From Thermodesulfobacteriota bacterium (GTDB taxonomy: Bacteria; Desulfobacterota; Desulfobacteria; Desulfobacterales; SURF-7): 64,000 nucleotides of DNA. Below the pieces are notes generated by a model, which was not told where the DNA came from, made no database searches, and saw nothing but the letters and a program-made list of their open reading frames with translations. Location: NCBI GenBank assembly GCA_049320885.1, contig JBMORA010000001.1, positions 338,622 to 402,621 of the forward strand, read 5' to 3'. Below are positions 41,051-51,769 of the stretch, piece after piece. Position numbers and translations under genes: made by a program. Every line of letters starts with the position of its first letter. Position 1 is the stretch's first letter.

Positions 41051-44000
41051 ATGACAGCCGGAAACACACGCGAAATACCCTACAACTATACATCAGCAGA
41101 TGATGCCAGAATCACAAAATTTCTGTTCGACCCATCGGTTTGGTACGCCATGGAAAAGATGCGTTTTCAACGCAAGACCGGACGGCTGGCCAGACTGCTC
41201 ATGCGCGTGATGGGAGATTTATTCATGGCACGGCGGAATCCGTTTCTGTACCAGGAACTGGTTGCGGATTCCGCGCGACGCGGAAAATTTCTTGCCGAGC
41301 TTCGGGCGTCCATCGTTTTCATCGAATCCAAATCCGCCGCTTCCATTGAACTGAACACCGTGCTGGAACGGTGCCGCACCGGCCTGGAGGAGCTGGCCGG
41401 AGAACTCGAAAAAACGGGCGTTCTGAGGCAGAAAACCATCAAAAAACTGGGCGCCGTTATCGGAGAGGACAATGTCTGTTTTGACCCCTTCAGTTTGAAC
41501 AGTCATATCACGGACGCCACCGACTGGCGTCTCCATGTCCCTTTCGCCGTTGCGCGGCCGACCATGGAGGCGCAGATCCCCCCTCTGCTAACGGCCATCG
41601 CCGAGCTGGGACTGCGGGCCATTCCCCGCGGGGCCGGCACGGGATTGACCGGAGGGGCCGTACCGGTCAGACCCGGCTGCGTGATGATCAATACCGAAAA
41701 ATTAAATCACATTCACGGAATTGAAATCCTGCCGAATCCGGACGAGAATGCTTCCGTCCGGGAGGTGGCCGTGCTGCATGCGGAAGCCGGTGTGATCACG
41801 GGGGACGCCATGTCCTACGCCGATACCCACGGCTATGTTTTCGCCACGGACCCCACCAGCGCCTGGGCCTGCACCATCGGCGGCAATATCGCCGAAAACG
41901 CCGGCGGTAAAACCGCTGTCTTATGGGGCACGGCCATCGACAATATCTGGTCGTTCCGGATCGCCGTTCCAGGAGGACGGAACTGGGAAGTACGCCGCAA
42001 GAATCATCCCCTGCGGAAAATTCTTCCAGACGATCTGGTCGTTTTTGAGGTTTTCGATGGAGAAAACGGAAACCTCCTGCACCACATCACCCTGCCGGGC
42101 ACCGAAATCCGCAAGGCCGGCCTGGGAAAGGATATCACCAACAAGGCCCTGGGCGGCGTCCCCGGAATTCAGAAGGAAGGCACCGACGGAGTGATCACCT
42201 CGGCCCGGTTCATCCTCCACCGGGCGTACCCCTTCGTGGCCACCGCCTGCCTGGAATTCTTCGGCGACGATATGGATGAGGCCGCCCGGGTGATCTGCGA
42301 TCTTTCAAACGCCTTTGTGGACCGGGGCGAGGAAGCCTTGATGGCCCTGGAACATTTTGACGAGGAATACGTACGCGCCATCGGTTACAAAACCAAGGCT
42401 CCCCGCAGGGAAACCCCGAAAGCCGTATTGCTGGTGGATATGGTGGCGCAGGAAGAACGTCAGCTGGAACGCGCCAGGACGCGCTTGTCGGATTTGCTGC
42501 GCCCCTATCCGAACACCGGCCTTTTTTTCGCGGCGGACAGGATCGAGGCCGCCCGTTACTGGCAGGACCGCAAAAAACTCGGCGCCATCGCCGCCCGCAC
42601 CAATGCGTTTAAACTGAACGAGGATATCGTTCTCCCGCTGCCGGCCCTGGCCGAATTCGCCGACTTTGTCGACCGCTACAACATCGAGGAGGAACGCCAC
42701 AACCAGAGAACCCTTGTCTGGACATGGGGAACCTACCTGGAAACGGCCAAGCCCATTGCCGATCCCCAGTGGCTGGACGCAAAAATCGGCAAGGCCCGGG
42801 AACTGCTGGCCAACGCCATCGAAAGACTGACATACGCCGGCAAGGACCACCTGCGCCAGGAAACCCACATCCGTGAACTGAAATCCGAGTTGCTCGACCT
42901 TTTCCGGGGTTACAGCCGGGTTTCCGATGAGATCGGGAAGCTCTACACCGAAATCCGTTCCCACCTGATCGTCATCGCAACCCATATGCATGCCGGCGAC
43001 GGGAACGTGCATGTAAATATTCCCGTGTTTTCAAACGACCGGGAAATGATGGCCCGGGCCGCGGAAACCGCCGAGATCATCATGGCCAAGGCCGTGGAAC
43101 TGGACGGAGTGGTGAGCGGAGAACACGGCATCGGTTTCACCAAGCTGGCCCATATCGACCCCCGCCGGCTTGAGGAACTGGCCGAATATCGGCGGAAGAT
43201 CGACCCGGAGGGCTTGATGAATCCGGGCAAATTGTCCGATCTCGCCGTGCCGGCGCTGGTATTCACTCCCTCCTTCCTCCTGCTCGGCCTCGAAGCCCAG
43301 ATTCTCCGGCACGCCTCCCTGCAGGAATTGGGGGAACACATTTCCAAATGCATCCGCTGCGGGCGGTGCAAAGCGGATTGCTGTACGTTTTATCCGTCCG
43401 GCAACCTGTTTTTCCATCCGCGCAATAAAAATCTGGCCATCGGCGCATTGATCGAGGCCCTGCTCTACGACGCCCAGCGCTCCCACTCCACCCGCTTCGA
43501 TTTTCTGCGTTACCTGGAGGAAATCGCCGATCACTGCACCATCTGCCATAAATGCGTCAGTCCCTGCCCGGTGAATATCGACACCGCTGAAGTCTCGATC
43601 CTGGAACGCAGGCTGCTGGTTGAAAAACGTTTCAAGCAATCCCGGCCGCTGGTCCGGATGACCCTGGCATATCTGGAAAGCCGCTCGAAGCTGTTCAACG
43701 GTCTGTTCCGGGTCGGTGTGCTGCGTTGGGGCAGCCGCATTCAGCGGCTGGGTCACCGTCTGTCGCGCCTGGCCGTCGGCCCTGAGGGCCGCCGGAGGAG
43801 ACCCTTGCTGGAGTTCCTGGCATCCCCGGTGACCGCGGTTCCGCGGCAAAGCATGCGGGCTGATCTCCCGACCTGCGCCGGGAATCAGGCGGTCTATATC
43901 CGTCCGGACGGGGAAATCCGACGGACGGTCCTGTACTTTCCGGGATGCGGATCGGAACGTTTGTTTTCCCGTGTGGGCCGGGCCTCCCTTTACATCCTGC

Positions 44001-44671
44001 TGCGTTCCGGCGCCGCCGTGGTGCTGCCGCCGCCCTTTCTCTGCTGCGGATATCCGGCACGGGTGAACGCCAAAACCGACATGGAGGGCCGGGTGGTCCT
44101 CAGGAACACCATCATCCTGAACCAAATCCGGGACATGTTCGGCTATCTTTCCTTCGACGCCTGCATCGTCAGCTGCGGAACCTGCCGGGAAGCCCTGAAG
44201 GATCAGGCCCTGGAATCCATATACAACGCCCCGCTGGTGGATGTGGCCCAATTCGTCCTGTCCGAGGGGTTGACCTTCGAAAGCCGGGGAGAGCTCTATT
44301 ATCACCGCCCATGCCACGACTCCCTCGAAGGCGCGGCCCTGGAACTCTTGTCTCGTCATGGTGGCGGGCATATCCGGGAAATCCCCCATTGCTGCTCGGA
44401 GGCGGGGACCCTGGCCCTCAGCAGACCGGACATCGCCGCCGCCATGCGGACCCGCAAGAGCCGGGCCATGCGGCTCGTCCTGGCGAGCCGGCGGGAATCC
44501 GTGACATTGCTGACCAATTGTCCGTCCTGCCTGCAGGGACTGGGCCGGCACCCGCAATTGCGCTGCGTCCCCCGGCACATAGCCGAGGAAATCGCCGGCG
44601 GCATCGGGGGGGAAACGTGGGAAAAAGAATTGCATCAAACAGTAAAACAGGCGGAAGTCATCGCTTTTTAG
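41051..44671 (+). CDS. FAD-linked oxidoreductase with 4Fe-4S and two CCG domains (DUF3683/DUF3400-type, GlcD/GlcF-like fusion)
   Basis: REIPYNYTS, PRGAGTGLTGG, HAGDGNVH, SGEHGIG, CIRCGRC, CTICHKC, FPGC..CCGYP..SCGTC and PCH..CCSEAG..CPSC motifs. Confidence 0.85.
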   Translation: MTAGNTREIPYNYTSADDARITKFLFDPSVWYAMEKMRFQRKTGRLARLLMRVMGDLFMARRNPFLYQELVADSARRGKFLAELRASIVFIESKSAASIELNTVLERCRTGLEELAGELEKTGVLRQKTIKKLGAVIGEDNVCFDPFSLNSHITDATDWRLHVPFAVARPTMEAQIPPLLTAIAELGLRAIPRGAGTGLTGGAVPVRPGCVMINTEKLNHIHGIEILPNPDENASVREVAVLHAEAGVITGDAMSYADTHGYVFATDPTSAWACTIGGNIAENAGGKTAVLWGTAIDNIWSFRIAVPGGRNWEVRRKNHPLRKILPDDLVVFEVFDGENGNLLHHITLPGTEIRKAGLGKDITNKALGGVPGIQKEGTDGVITSARFILHRAYPFVATACLEFFGDDMDEAARVICDLSNAFVDRGEEALMALEHFDEEYVRAIGYKTKAPRRETPKAVLLVDMVAQEERQLERARTRLSDLLRPYPNTGLFFAADRIEAARYWQDRKKLGAIAARTNAFKLNEDIVLPLPALAEFADFVDRYNIEEERHNQRTLVWTWGTYLETAKPIADPQWLDAKIGKARELLANAIERLTYAGKDHLRQETHIRELKSELLDLFRGYSRVSDEIGKLYTEIRSHLIVIATHMHAGDGNVHVNIPVFSNDREMMARAAETAEIIMAKAVELDGVVSGEHGIGFTKLAHIDPRRLEELAEYRRKIDPEGLMNPGKLSDLAVPALVFTPSFLLLGLEAQILRHASLQELGEHISKCIRCGRCKADCCTFYPSGNLFFHPRNKNLAIGALIEALLYDAQRSHSTRFDFLRYLEEIADHCTICHKCVSPCPVNIDTAEVSILERRLLVEKRFKQSRPLVRMTLAYLESRSKLFNGLFRVGVLRWGSRIQRLGHRLSRLAVGPEGRRRRPLLEFLASPVTAVPRQSMRADLPTCAGNQAVYIRPDGEIRRTVLYFPGCGSERLFSRVGRASLYILLRSGAAVVLPPPFLCCGYPARVNAKTDMEGRVVLRNTIILNQIRDMFGYLSFDACIVSCGTCREALKDQALESIYNAPLVDVAQFVLSEGLTFESRGELYYHRPCHDSLEGAALELLSRHGGGHIREIPHCCSEAGTLALSRPDIAAAMRTRKSRAMRLVLASRRESVTLLTNCPSCLQGLGRHPQLRCVPRHIAEEIAGGIGGETWEKELHQTVKQAEVIAF

Positions 44672-44751
44672 ATCCCAGGACGCCGCGCCTCCCGGAAAAC
44701 AACAGATTTTTTCCTTGAAGAAGCCGCGGCAAGGCGGGTAAAACGGCATCT

Positions 44752-45669
44752 ATGGAAAAACCGATCATCATCGTCATCTGCGGCCCGACCGGTGTCGGAA
44801 AAACCGCCGCCGCCATCGATCTGGCCCTGGACTTTCACGGTGAAATCGTCAGCGCCGATTCCATGCAGGTTTATCGGCACATGGACATCGGCACGGCCAA
44901 ACCGACGTCTGCAGAGAAAGCGGCGGTGCCTCACCACCTCATCGACGTGGTGGATCCGGATGCTCCGTTCGACGCGGCCCTGTTCGCCGAATTGGCCGGC
45001 AATGTGATCGAGGATCTGCGGATTCGGGGTATCCTCCCCTTCGTGGTGGGCGGCACCGGTCTGTATCTGAAAGCCTTGCTCCATGGGCTTTCGCGGGCCC
45101 TGCCGCCGGACCCGGACATCCTTCTGCGCCTGAAACGGGAAGCCGCCGAAAAGGGCTCGCCCGTCCTTCATCGGCGCCTGTCGGTCTGCGATCCGGCTTC
45201 GGCGGCGAGAATTCATCCCAACGACACCTTTCGCATCGTCCGGGCCCTTGAGATATATGAAAAAACCGGACGGACGATTTCCGCCATCCATGCCGCCCAC
45301 CGGTTCGCCGGCTCGCGCTATCGGGCCTTGAAAATCGGGCTGCGGATGGATCGAGAGACGCTTTACGACCGCATCGAAAAACGGGTCGACCGCATGCTGG
45401 CGTCCGGATTGCTGGAGGAAGTCAACCGCTTGCTGGAAAAAGGTTTTCACGAAAACCTGAAATCCATGCAATCCATCGGCTACCGGCACATGACGGAATA
45501 TCTCATGGGAAAAACCGGCTGGGATGAAACCGTGATGCAGCTGAAACGCGACAGCCGGCGGTATGCCAAGCGTCAACTCACCTGGTTTGCCGCCGACCGG
45601 GAGATCCGCTGGTTTTCAACGGACCAGGGGGAAGCGATGCGCCGGGAAATCCGGAGCGTACTGGCATAG
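44752..45669 (+). CDS. miaA: tRNA dimethylallyltransferase
   Basis: GPTGVGKT, DSMQVYRHMDIGTAKP, VGGTGLY and YAKRQLTWF motifs. Confidence 0.95.
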   Translation: MEKPIIIVICGPTGVGKTAAAIDLALDFHGEIVSADSMQVYRHMDIGTAKPTSAEKAAVPHHLIDVVDPDAPFDAALFAELAGNVIEDLRIRGILPFVVGGTGLYLKALLHGLSRALPPDPDILLRLKREAAEKGSPVLHRRLSVCDPASAARIHPNDTFRIVRALEIYEKTGRTISAIHAAHRFAGSRYRALKIGLRMDRETLYDRIEKRVDRMLASGLLEEVNRLLEKGFHENLKSMQSIGYRHMTEYLMGKTGWDETVMQLKRDSRRYAKRQLTWFAADREIRWFSTDQGEAMRREIRSVLA

Positions 45670-45702
45670 ATGACAACACTGCAAACAAGAAGTGGGACGG
45701 AT

Positions 45703-47202
45703 ATGAAATTCTCTGGTATCAAGACAGCCTCGAACCGGCGGCCCCGGGTCGAACGCGTTTGGAACGGCCGGAAGGCGAACGCCTTCATCACCGCAACCGC
45801 CTTGATGGCGATCTTGAACGGATGCATGCAGGTGGGACCGGACTACACCAGGATGGAACCCGAATTGCCGCCGCAATGGCGGACGGAAATGGCCGGAGGT
45901 CTGAGCGCATCGGCAACTCGGCCGGCAACCCTGGCCGGCTGGTGGACCACGCTGAATGATCCGGCTCTCAACGCCTTGATGGCCGAAGCCGTCTCCGGCA
46001 GCCTGGATATCCGGGTTGCCCTTGCACGGATCCGGGAAGCCCGGGCTCTCCGGGGTATCAGCCGTGCCGACCTCTTTCCCACATTGGATGCGTCCGCCTC
46101 GGCGATCAAATCACGCTCCAGCCAAAACAGCGGCGCCGGGCGGGAAAGCGAACTGTATTCCGCCGGATTCGACGCCGGCTGGGAATTGGATGTTTTCGGC
46201 GGCCTCCGTCGCTCGGTGGAGGCGGCTCAGGCCGATCTGGAAGCCGTCCATGAGGAACTGCACGCGGCGATGGTGAGCCTGATGGCTGAAGTGGCGTTGA
46301 ATTATGTGGAACTGCGCACGTTTCAGAGCCGGCTGGCTGTGACCGAAGCCAATATCAAGACCCAGCAGGAAACCCATGACCTGAACCGATCCCTCTACCA
46401 GGCAGGAATGACCAATGAACTGGTGGTGCAGCAATCCCTGCGGATCCTGGAAAGCTCCCGCTCCCAGATTCCGACCCTTGAAAGCGGCGTTTCGGCGGCC
46501 AAAAACCGTCTGGCGGTGCTGCTGGGAAAGCAACCGGGTGAACTTCATGGCCAACTCGATGGACACCGGCCCCTGCCGGTGCTCCCGGGCATTCTGTCGG
46601 TGGGCATACCGGCTGAGACCATGCGCCAGCGGCCGGATATCCGTAAAGCCGAACGCAATCTGGCGGCCCAGACGGCCAGAATCGGCGTGGCCACCGCCGA
46701 CCTCTATCCCCGTTTCCGGCTGATGGGCAGTTTCGGCTTGGAATCTTTGAACGGCGAGGATTTCCTCCAGTGGGACAGTCATACCTGGAGTCTCGGCCCG
46801 GGAGTTTCCTGGAAAATCTTCAACGGCGGCGCCGTGCGTCAACATATCGAGCTGTGGACCGCCCGCCAGGAGCAGGCCCTGATTCAATACCAGGAGACGG
46901 TTCTCCTGGCCCTGGAGGAAGTGGAAACCGCGTTGACCGCTTACGCCAAGGAACAGGCCCGCCGGGATGCCGTTTCCAAGGCCGCCGTTGCCGGGCAGCG
47001 GGCCGTCATGCTGGCCAAGGAGCAATACCGGGCTGGTCTGGTGGATTTCAACAGCGTGCTGGACGCGGAGCGTTCCCTGTTGATCCTGGAGGATGAACTG
47101 GCCCAGAGCAACGGCGTCGTCATCTCCAACATGGTGAGACTGTACAAGGCCCTGGGCGGCGGCTGGACGAATCATCCGGCCGAAATGGAAGGAAACGGAT
47201 GA
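45703..47202 (+). CDS. Efflux outer-membrane factor lipoprotein (NodT/OprM family)
   Basis: LNGC lipobox, WELDVFG, RPDIRKAE and LYKALGGGW motifs. Start uncertain. Confidence 0.9.
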   Translation: MKFSGIKTASNRRPRVERVWNGRKANAFITATALMAILNGCMQVGPDYTRMEPELPPQWRTEMAGGLSASATRPATLAGWWTTLNDPALNALMAEAVSGSLDIRVALARIREARALRGISRADLFPTLDASASAIKSRSSQNSGAGRESELYSAGFDAGWELDVFGGLRRSVEAAQADLEAVHEELHAAMVSLMAEVALNYVELRTFQSRLAVTEANIKTQQETHDLNRSLYQAGMTNELVVQQSLRILESSRSQIPTLESGVSAAKNRLAVLLGKQPGELHGQLDGHRPLPVLPGILSVGIPAETMRQRPDIRKAERNLAAQTARIGVATADLYPRFRLMGSFGLESLNGEDFLQWDSHTWSLGPGVSWKIFNGGAVRQHIELWTARQEQALIQYQETVLLALEEVETALTAYAKEQARRDAVSKAAVAGQRAVMLAKEQYRAGLVDFNSVLDAERSLLILEDELAQSNGVVISNMVRLYKALGGGWTNHPAEMEGNG

Positions 47203-47238
47203 AAAAACGGGCCGTTGTCAGGCCCTGATGGAGTCGAC

Positions 47239-48483
47239 ATGCTGGTTTTTCAAAGCGCTCTCGGATTTATCGCCTTTGCCCTGATCGCCTGGTGTCTGAG
47301 CGAAAACCGCCGGCAACCGCCGGTCCGGATCATTGTCGTGGGCATGCTGGGGCAACTGCTCCTGGCCCTGGTTATGCTCAAATTCCCACTGTTCACGGGG
47401 GTCTTTACCTGGCTCAACCGCGGGGTCCAGGCGATTCAGGAAGCAACCCTGGCCGGGACCTCGTTTGTGTTCGGTTTTGTGGGCGGAGGAAGTCCGCCCT
47501 TTGAAACCACCCATCCGGATTCCGGTTTCATCCTGGCCTTCCAGGCCCTGCCCCTGGTCCTGGTGATCAGCGCCCTGTCCTCGCTGCTGTTTTACTGGGG
47601 TTTGCTGCCGAAAGTCGTGAAAGTCTTTTCCTGGGGGCTGGAAAAAACCTTGAAGATCGGCGGCGCCGAAGGGCTGGGGGTATCAGCGGATATTTTTGTG
47701 GGCATGGTGGAAGCGCCCCTGCTGATCCGCCCCTATGTGCACCGAATGACCCGGAGCGAACTGTTCACCCTGATGACCTGCGGCATGGCCACCATTGCCG
47801 GAACCGTGATGGTGCTCTATGCCGGCATCCTGGAACACACGATTGAAAACGTCATGGGTCATATCCTGATCGCCTCCATCATCGCGGCCCCGGCTTCCAT
47901 CGTCACGGCCAAGCTCATGATCCCCGAAACCCGTGAATTGACCCCCGGGGAGCTCAAGGCCCCGGAAGAAACCGTCAGCGCCATGGACGCCATAACCAAA
48001 GGAACCGTTCAGGGGTTGGAGTTGTTTCTTAACATCATCGCCATGATCATCGTGCTGGTGGCCCTGGTGCATCTCGTCAATCAAATCCTGGGCCTGGCCC
48101 CGGACGTAAGCGCCGAACCCCTGACCTTGCAGCGCGTTTTCGGCTGGATCATGGCGCCGGTGGTCTGGCTCATGGGCGTGCCCTGGAGTGAAGCCCGGAT
48201 CGCCGGCGCCCTGATGGGCACCAAAGCCGTGCTCAACGAATTCATCGCCTATGTGGACATGAGCCGGATTCCCGCCGGTCAGTTGAGTCCCCGCACGCTT
48301 TTGATCATGACCTATGCCCTCTGCGGGTTCGCCAATCCCGGCAGCCTCGGCATCATGATCGGAGGATACAGCGGCATGGCGCCGGAAAGACGCAGGGAAA
48401 TCGTTTCACTGGGATTCAAGGCCCTCATTTCCGGCACCCTGGCCAACTGCATGACCGGCGCGGTGGTGGGGATGCTGATGTAG
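47239..48483 (+). CDS. Concentrative nucleoside transporter (NupC/CNT family)
   Basis: FVGMVEAPLLIRPY, GMATIAGTV, LNEFIAY and YALCGFAN motifs. Confidence 0.9.
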   Translation: MLVFQSALGFIAFALIAWCLSENRRQPPVRIIVVGMLGQLLLALVMLKFPLFTGVFTWLNRGVQAIQEATLAGTSFVFGFVGGGSPPFETTHPDSGFILAFQALPLVLVISALSSLLFYWGLLPKVVKVFSWGLEKTLKIGGAEGLGVSADIFVGMVEAPLLIRPYVHRMTRSELFTLMTCGMATIAGTVMVLYAGILEHTIENVMGHILIASIIAAPASIVTAKLMIPETRELTPGELKAPEETVSAMDAITKGTVQGLELFLNIIAMIIVLVALVHLVNQILGLAPDVSAEPLTLQRVFGWIMAPVVWLMGVPWSEARIAGALMGTKAVLNEFIAYVDMSRIPAGQLSPRTLLIMTYALCGFANPGSLGIMIGGYSGMAPERRREIVSLGFKALISGTLANCMTGAVVGMLM

Positions 48484-48526
48484 CAAAACAATATAGTGAC
48501 TATCGAACAAAGGAGGAAACAACCCG

Positions 48527-49339
48527 TTGGATAACAGAAGCTATCAGAAAGCGTTTATCCTGGATATGGACGGCGTGGTGTACACCGGGCCGAAATTGAT
48601 GCCCGGAGCCAGGGAATTCGTGGACCGGTTGAAGCAGAGCCAGTACAAATTCCTGTTTCTGACCAACAACTCCTACCACACCCCGACGGAACTGAGGGAG
48701 CGCCTCCTGGGCATGGGCATTGACGTTACCGAAGACTATTTTTATACCTCGGCCATGGCGACGGCCAGTTTTCTCAAGGTGCAGCGGCCGGGAGGCTGTT
48801 CCGCTTACGTCATCGGCGGCAAGGGGGTCCTCGATGAGCTGGGAAAAGCCGGCGTGGAAATAACCAAAAAAAATCCGGACTACGTGATCATCGCCGAAAC
48901 CGAGGAATATGATTACGCCAAAATCATCGAAGCCACCCTGCTGATTCAGGAAGGCGCGAAATTCATCGCCACCAATTCGGACATAACCGGTCCCAGCCGC
49001 AGGGGGCCGGTGCCCGCCTGCGGCGCCCTGGTGGCTCCCATCCAGAAGGTTACCGGCGTGGCCCCCTATTTCCTTGGAAAACCGAATCCGGTCATGATGT
49101 TTCTGGCCCGGAAAAAATTGGGGGTGCATTCGGCGAACTGTTTCATGATCGGCGATCGCATGGATACGGATATCGTTGGCGGCCTTGAATCAGGGATGAC
49201 CGCCTGCCTGGTGCTTTCCGGAGTGACGACCAGGGAGATCATGAACCGGTTCCCGTATCAGCCCGATTATGTCTTCAACAACCTGGGCGAGATCGATCCG
49301 GACGCCATTCTGTCCAGAAGGGACAGGGTGGAAAAATAA
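48527..49339 (+). CDS. HAD-IIA hydrolase (NagD-like nucleotidase)
   Basis: DMDGV, LTNNS, GKPNP and IGDRMDTD motifs. Confidence 0.9.
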   Translation: MDNRSYQKAFILDMDGVVYTGPKLMPGAREFVDRLKQSQYKFLFLTNNSYHTPTELRERLLGMGIDVTEDYFYTSAMATASFLKVQRPGGCSAYVIGGKGVLDELGKAGVEITKKNPDYVIIAETEEYDYAKIIEATLLIQEGAKFIATNSDITGPSRRGPVPACGALVAPIQKVTGVAPYFLGKPNPVMMFLARKKLGVHSANCFMIGDRMDTDIVGGLESGMTACLVLSGVTTREIMNRFPYQPDYVFNNLGEIDPDAILSRRDRVEK

Positions 49340-49371
49340 AATCGGCCGCGGGAGCTCACCCGCGGCCGGTT
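49340..49371. terminator. Hairpin between convergent genes, probable bidirectional terminator
   Basis: AATCGGCCGCGGG-agctca-CCCGCGGCCGGTT. Confidence 0.65.
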
Positions 49372-49397
49372 GTTGATGAATATCCACGGTCGTCCTG

Positions 49398-50879
49398 CTA
49401 CTCCTTGGGCACCTCGCTGAGCGCTATCCCCAACGCCTCGGCCACGCCCTTGCCGTAGGCCGGATCCGCCTTCAGGCAGTTGCCGATGTGGCGGATCTTG
49501 ATTTCCTTGGGTGCATCGCCCATGGCCCGGGCCGTGTTTTCAAACAGCGCCTTCTGCTGCGCCGGACTCATGAGCCGGAACAATTTGCCGGGCTGGGAAT
49601 AATAATCCGTGTCCTCCCGGTGGTTCCAGTGGTCGGCGGCGCCTTCCAGGCTCAACGGCGGCTCGGCGAAATCCGGCTGCTCGGCCCATTCACCGTAGCT
49701 GTTGGGCTCGTAGCCCAGCGTGCCGCCGTAGTTGCCGTCCACGCGCATGGCACCGTCGCGGTGATAGCTGTGGAACGGGCAGCGCGGTGCATTGACCGGA
49801 ATCAGGTGATGATTGACGCCAAGCCGGTAACGCTGGGCATCGCCGTAGGAAAACAACCGACCCTGGAGCATCTTGTCCGGGGAAAAACCGATGCCGGGAA
49901 CGATGTTGGCCGGGTTGAAGGCCGACTGCTCCACTTCCGCGAAATAGTTTTCCGGATTGCGATTCAACTCCAGGACGCCCACCTCGATGAGCGGATAATC
50001 CTTATGGAACCAGACCTTGGTGAGATCGAAGGGATGGTAGGGGCATTTGGCCGCATCCTTTTCCGGCATGACCTGGATGAACATGGTCCAGCGCGGGAAA
50101 TCCCCCTTCTCGATGCTGTCGTACAGATCCCGCTGGTGACTCTCACGGCATTTGCCGATGACGGCCTCGGCCTCCGCGTCGCTGAGATTTTTGATGCCCT
50201 GCTGGCTGCGGAGATGAAATTTGACCCAGTAACGCTCCTTCTTGGCATTGATCAGGCTGAAGGTGTGACTGCCGAATCCATGCATATGACGGTAAGTGGC
50301 CGGGATTCCCCGGTCGCTCATGACGATGGTGACCTGGTGCAGGGCCTCGGGCAGCGATGTCCAGAAATCCCAGTTATTGCGGGCGCTGCGCAGATTGGTC
50401 CGGGGATCGCGTTTGACCGCGTGGTTCAGATCCGGAAACTTGAGGGGATCGCGCAGGAAAAAGACCGGGGTATTGTTGCCCACCAGATCCCAGTTGCCTT
50501 CCTCGGTGTAAAACTTGACGGCGAATCCCCGGATGTCCCGTTCGGCGTCGGCGGCGCCGCGTTCGCCGGCCACGGTGGAAAACCGGACAAACAAATCGGT
50601 TTTCTTGCCCACCGTCGCGAATATCCTGGCCCGGGTATAGCGGGTGATGTCATGGGTGACCGTGAAGGTCCCGTAGGCGCCGGAACCCTTGGCGTGCATG
50701 CGGCGTTCCGGGATCACCTCCCGGTCGAAATGGGCGAGTTTTTCCAGGAACCAGACATCCTGCAGCAATGCCGGCCCCCTGGGCCCGGCGGTCATGATAT
50801 TCTGGTTGTCGACCACGGGCGCTCCGGCATTGTTGGTCAGTTTCTTTTGATTGCTCTTCGGTTTCTCTTTATTTGCCAT
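49398..50879 (-). CDS. katA: Monofunctional heme catalase (small subunit)
   Basis: [24 protein letters not shown] and [12 protein letters not shown] motifs; AAGGAG RBS before MANKEK. Confidence 0.95.
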   Translation of the reverse strand: MANKEKPKSNQKKLTNNAGAPVVDNQNIMTAGPRGPALLQDVWFLEKLAHFDREVIPERRMHAKGSGAYGTFTVTHDITRYTRARIFATVGKKTDLFVRFSTVAGERGAADAERDIRGFAVKFYTEEGNWDLVGNNTPVFFLRDPLKFPDLNHAVKRDPRTNLRSARNNWDFWTSLPEALHQVTIVMSDRGIPATYRHMHGFGSHTFSLINAKKERYWVKFHLRSQQGIKNLSDAEAEAVIGKCRESHQRDLYDSIEKGDFPRWTMFIQVMPEKDAAKCPYHPFDLTKVWFHKDYPLIEVGVLELNRNPENYFAEVEQSAFNPANIVPGIGFSPDKMLQGRLFSYGDAQRYRLGVNHHLIPVNAPRCPFHSYHRDGAMRVDGNYGGTLGYEPNSYGEWAEQPDFAEPPLSLEGAADHWNHREDTDYYSQPGKLFRLMSPAQQKALFENTARAMGDAPKEIKIRHIGNCLKADPAYGKGVAEALGIALSEVPKE

Positions 50880-51159
50880 ATGATGCTCCTTTCCGTGAAA
50901 TGGTGTCCAGGACCCGCAGGTCGCAAAACCAGCGGGAGCCGGCTGTTCGGCGCGGACGCTCCAAGGATGAGGTCCGGTGCCCCGTTTTTTCATTTCCGTG
51001 CAAGATGACGGCGTTGACAGCGATTGTTTCTCAGTATTCCAGATGGTCGAAGTATGGCACTCACCCACCCGGAGCAGTCAATGGAAATAGGAAAAAAGCG
51101 CTGTATGTAACTAACGATTCAATCTATTAACAAAGAATCATTATTAAGTAAATAAAAAA

Positions 51160-51630
51160 TCAACAGGCCCTCTGGCAAGCGGGACACAAGCCAAAAAAAT
51201 CCAGATGATGGTACTGAATCCGGTAGCCGGTCTTCACCGCCATCTCCTCATTCAGGTGGTCGAGGGTGGAAAGTTCCGGGTCCATGATCTTTCTGCACTT
51301 GGTGCAGATGATATGGGGATGGGGATACGGCCGGGCGCCGTCGTAGCGGTTGCTGCCGTCCGCGAATCCGAGTTCCAGGACCTCGCCGATCTCTTTCAGC
51401 AGCAGAACCGTCTTGTAGACCGTGGCAAGACTCGTGGTGGGAAACTTGGCTTTCACCGCATCGTAAATCTGGGCCACGGTGGGATGCCCTTCGCTGGCCG
51501 CCAGAATCTCGATCACCGCCATGCGCTGAGGGGTGAGACGGAAATTCTGTTCCTTCAGTCTGGTAAGCATCTGATCAAGACGCCGGGCGATATCAGTGGT
51601 ATTGCGTTTCTGTCTCACAGACTCCCCCAC
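51160..51630 (-). CDS. perR: Fur-family peroxide-responsive regulator
   Basis: RLTPQR, HPT, RYD..HPH, CTKC, the PerR-type Asp (KIMD) and CPAC; upstream of catalase. Confidence 0.75.
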   Translation of the reverse strand: MGESVRQKRNTTDIARRLDQMLTRLKEQNFRLTPQRMAVIEILAASEGHPTVAQIYDAVKAKFPTTSLATVYKTVLLLKEIGEVLELGFADGSNRYDGARPYPHPHIICTKCRKIMDPELSTLDHLNEEMAVKTGYRIQYHHLDFFGLCPACQRAC

Positions 51631-51769
51631 GATCAGGACGGATGAAAAACGAGGTTGAAAGCGTAAAGAAAATATCTGATTTTTTATCCTTTTGTCAAAG
51701 TGTTTTCCTTTTTATAATTGAATTTCATTCCATTTCCGACTATTATACCAAGCCATCGGGAATGAGCCA

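Noticed and set aside
43031..44749. 572-aa - strand ORF
   Set aside because: Antisense shadow of the GC-rich FAD oxidoreductase.
49488..51008. 506-aa + strand ORF
   Set aside because: Codon-bias shadow antisense to catalase.
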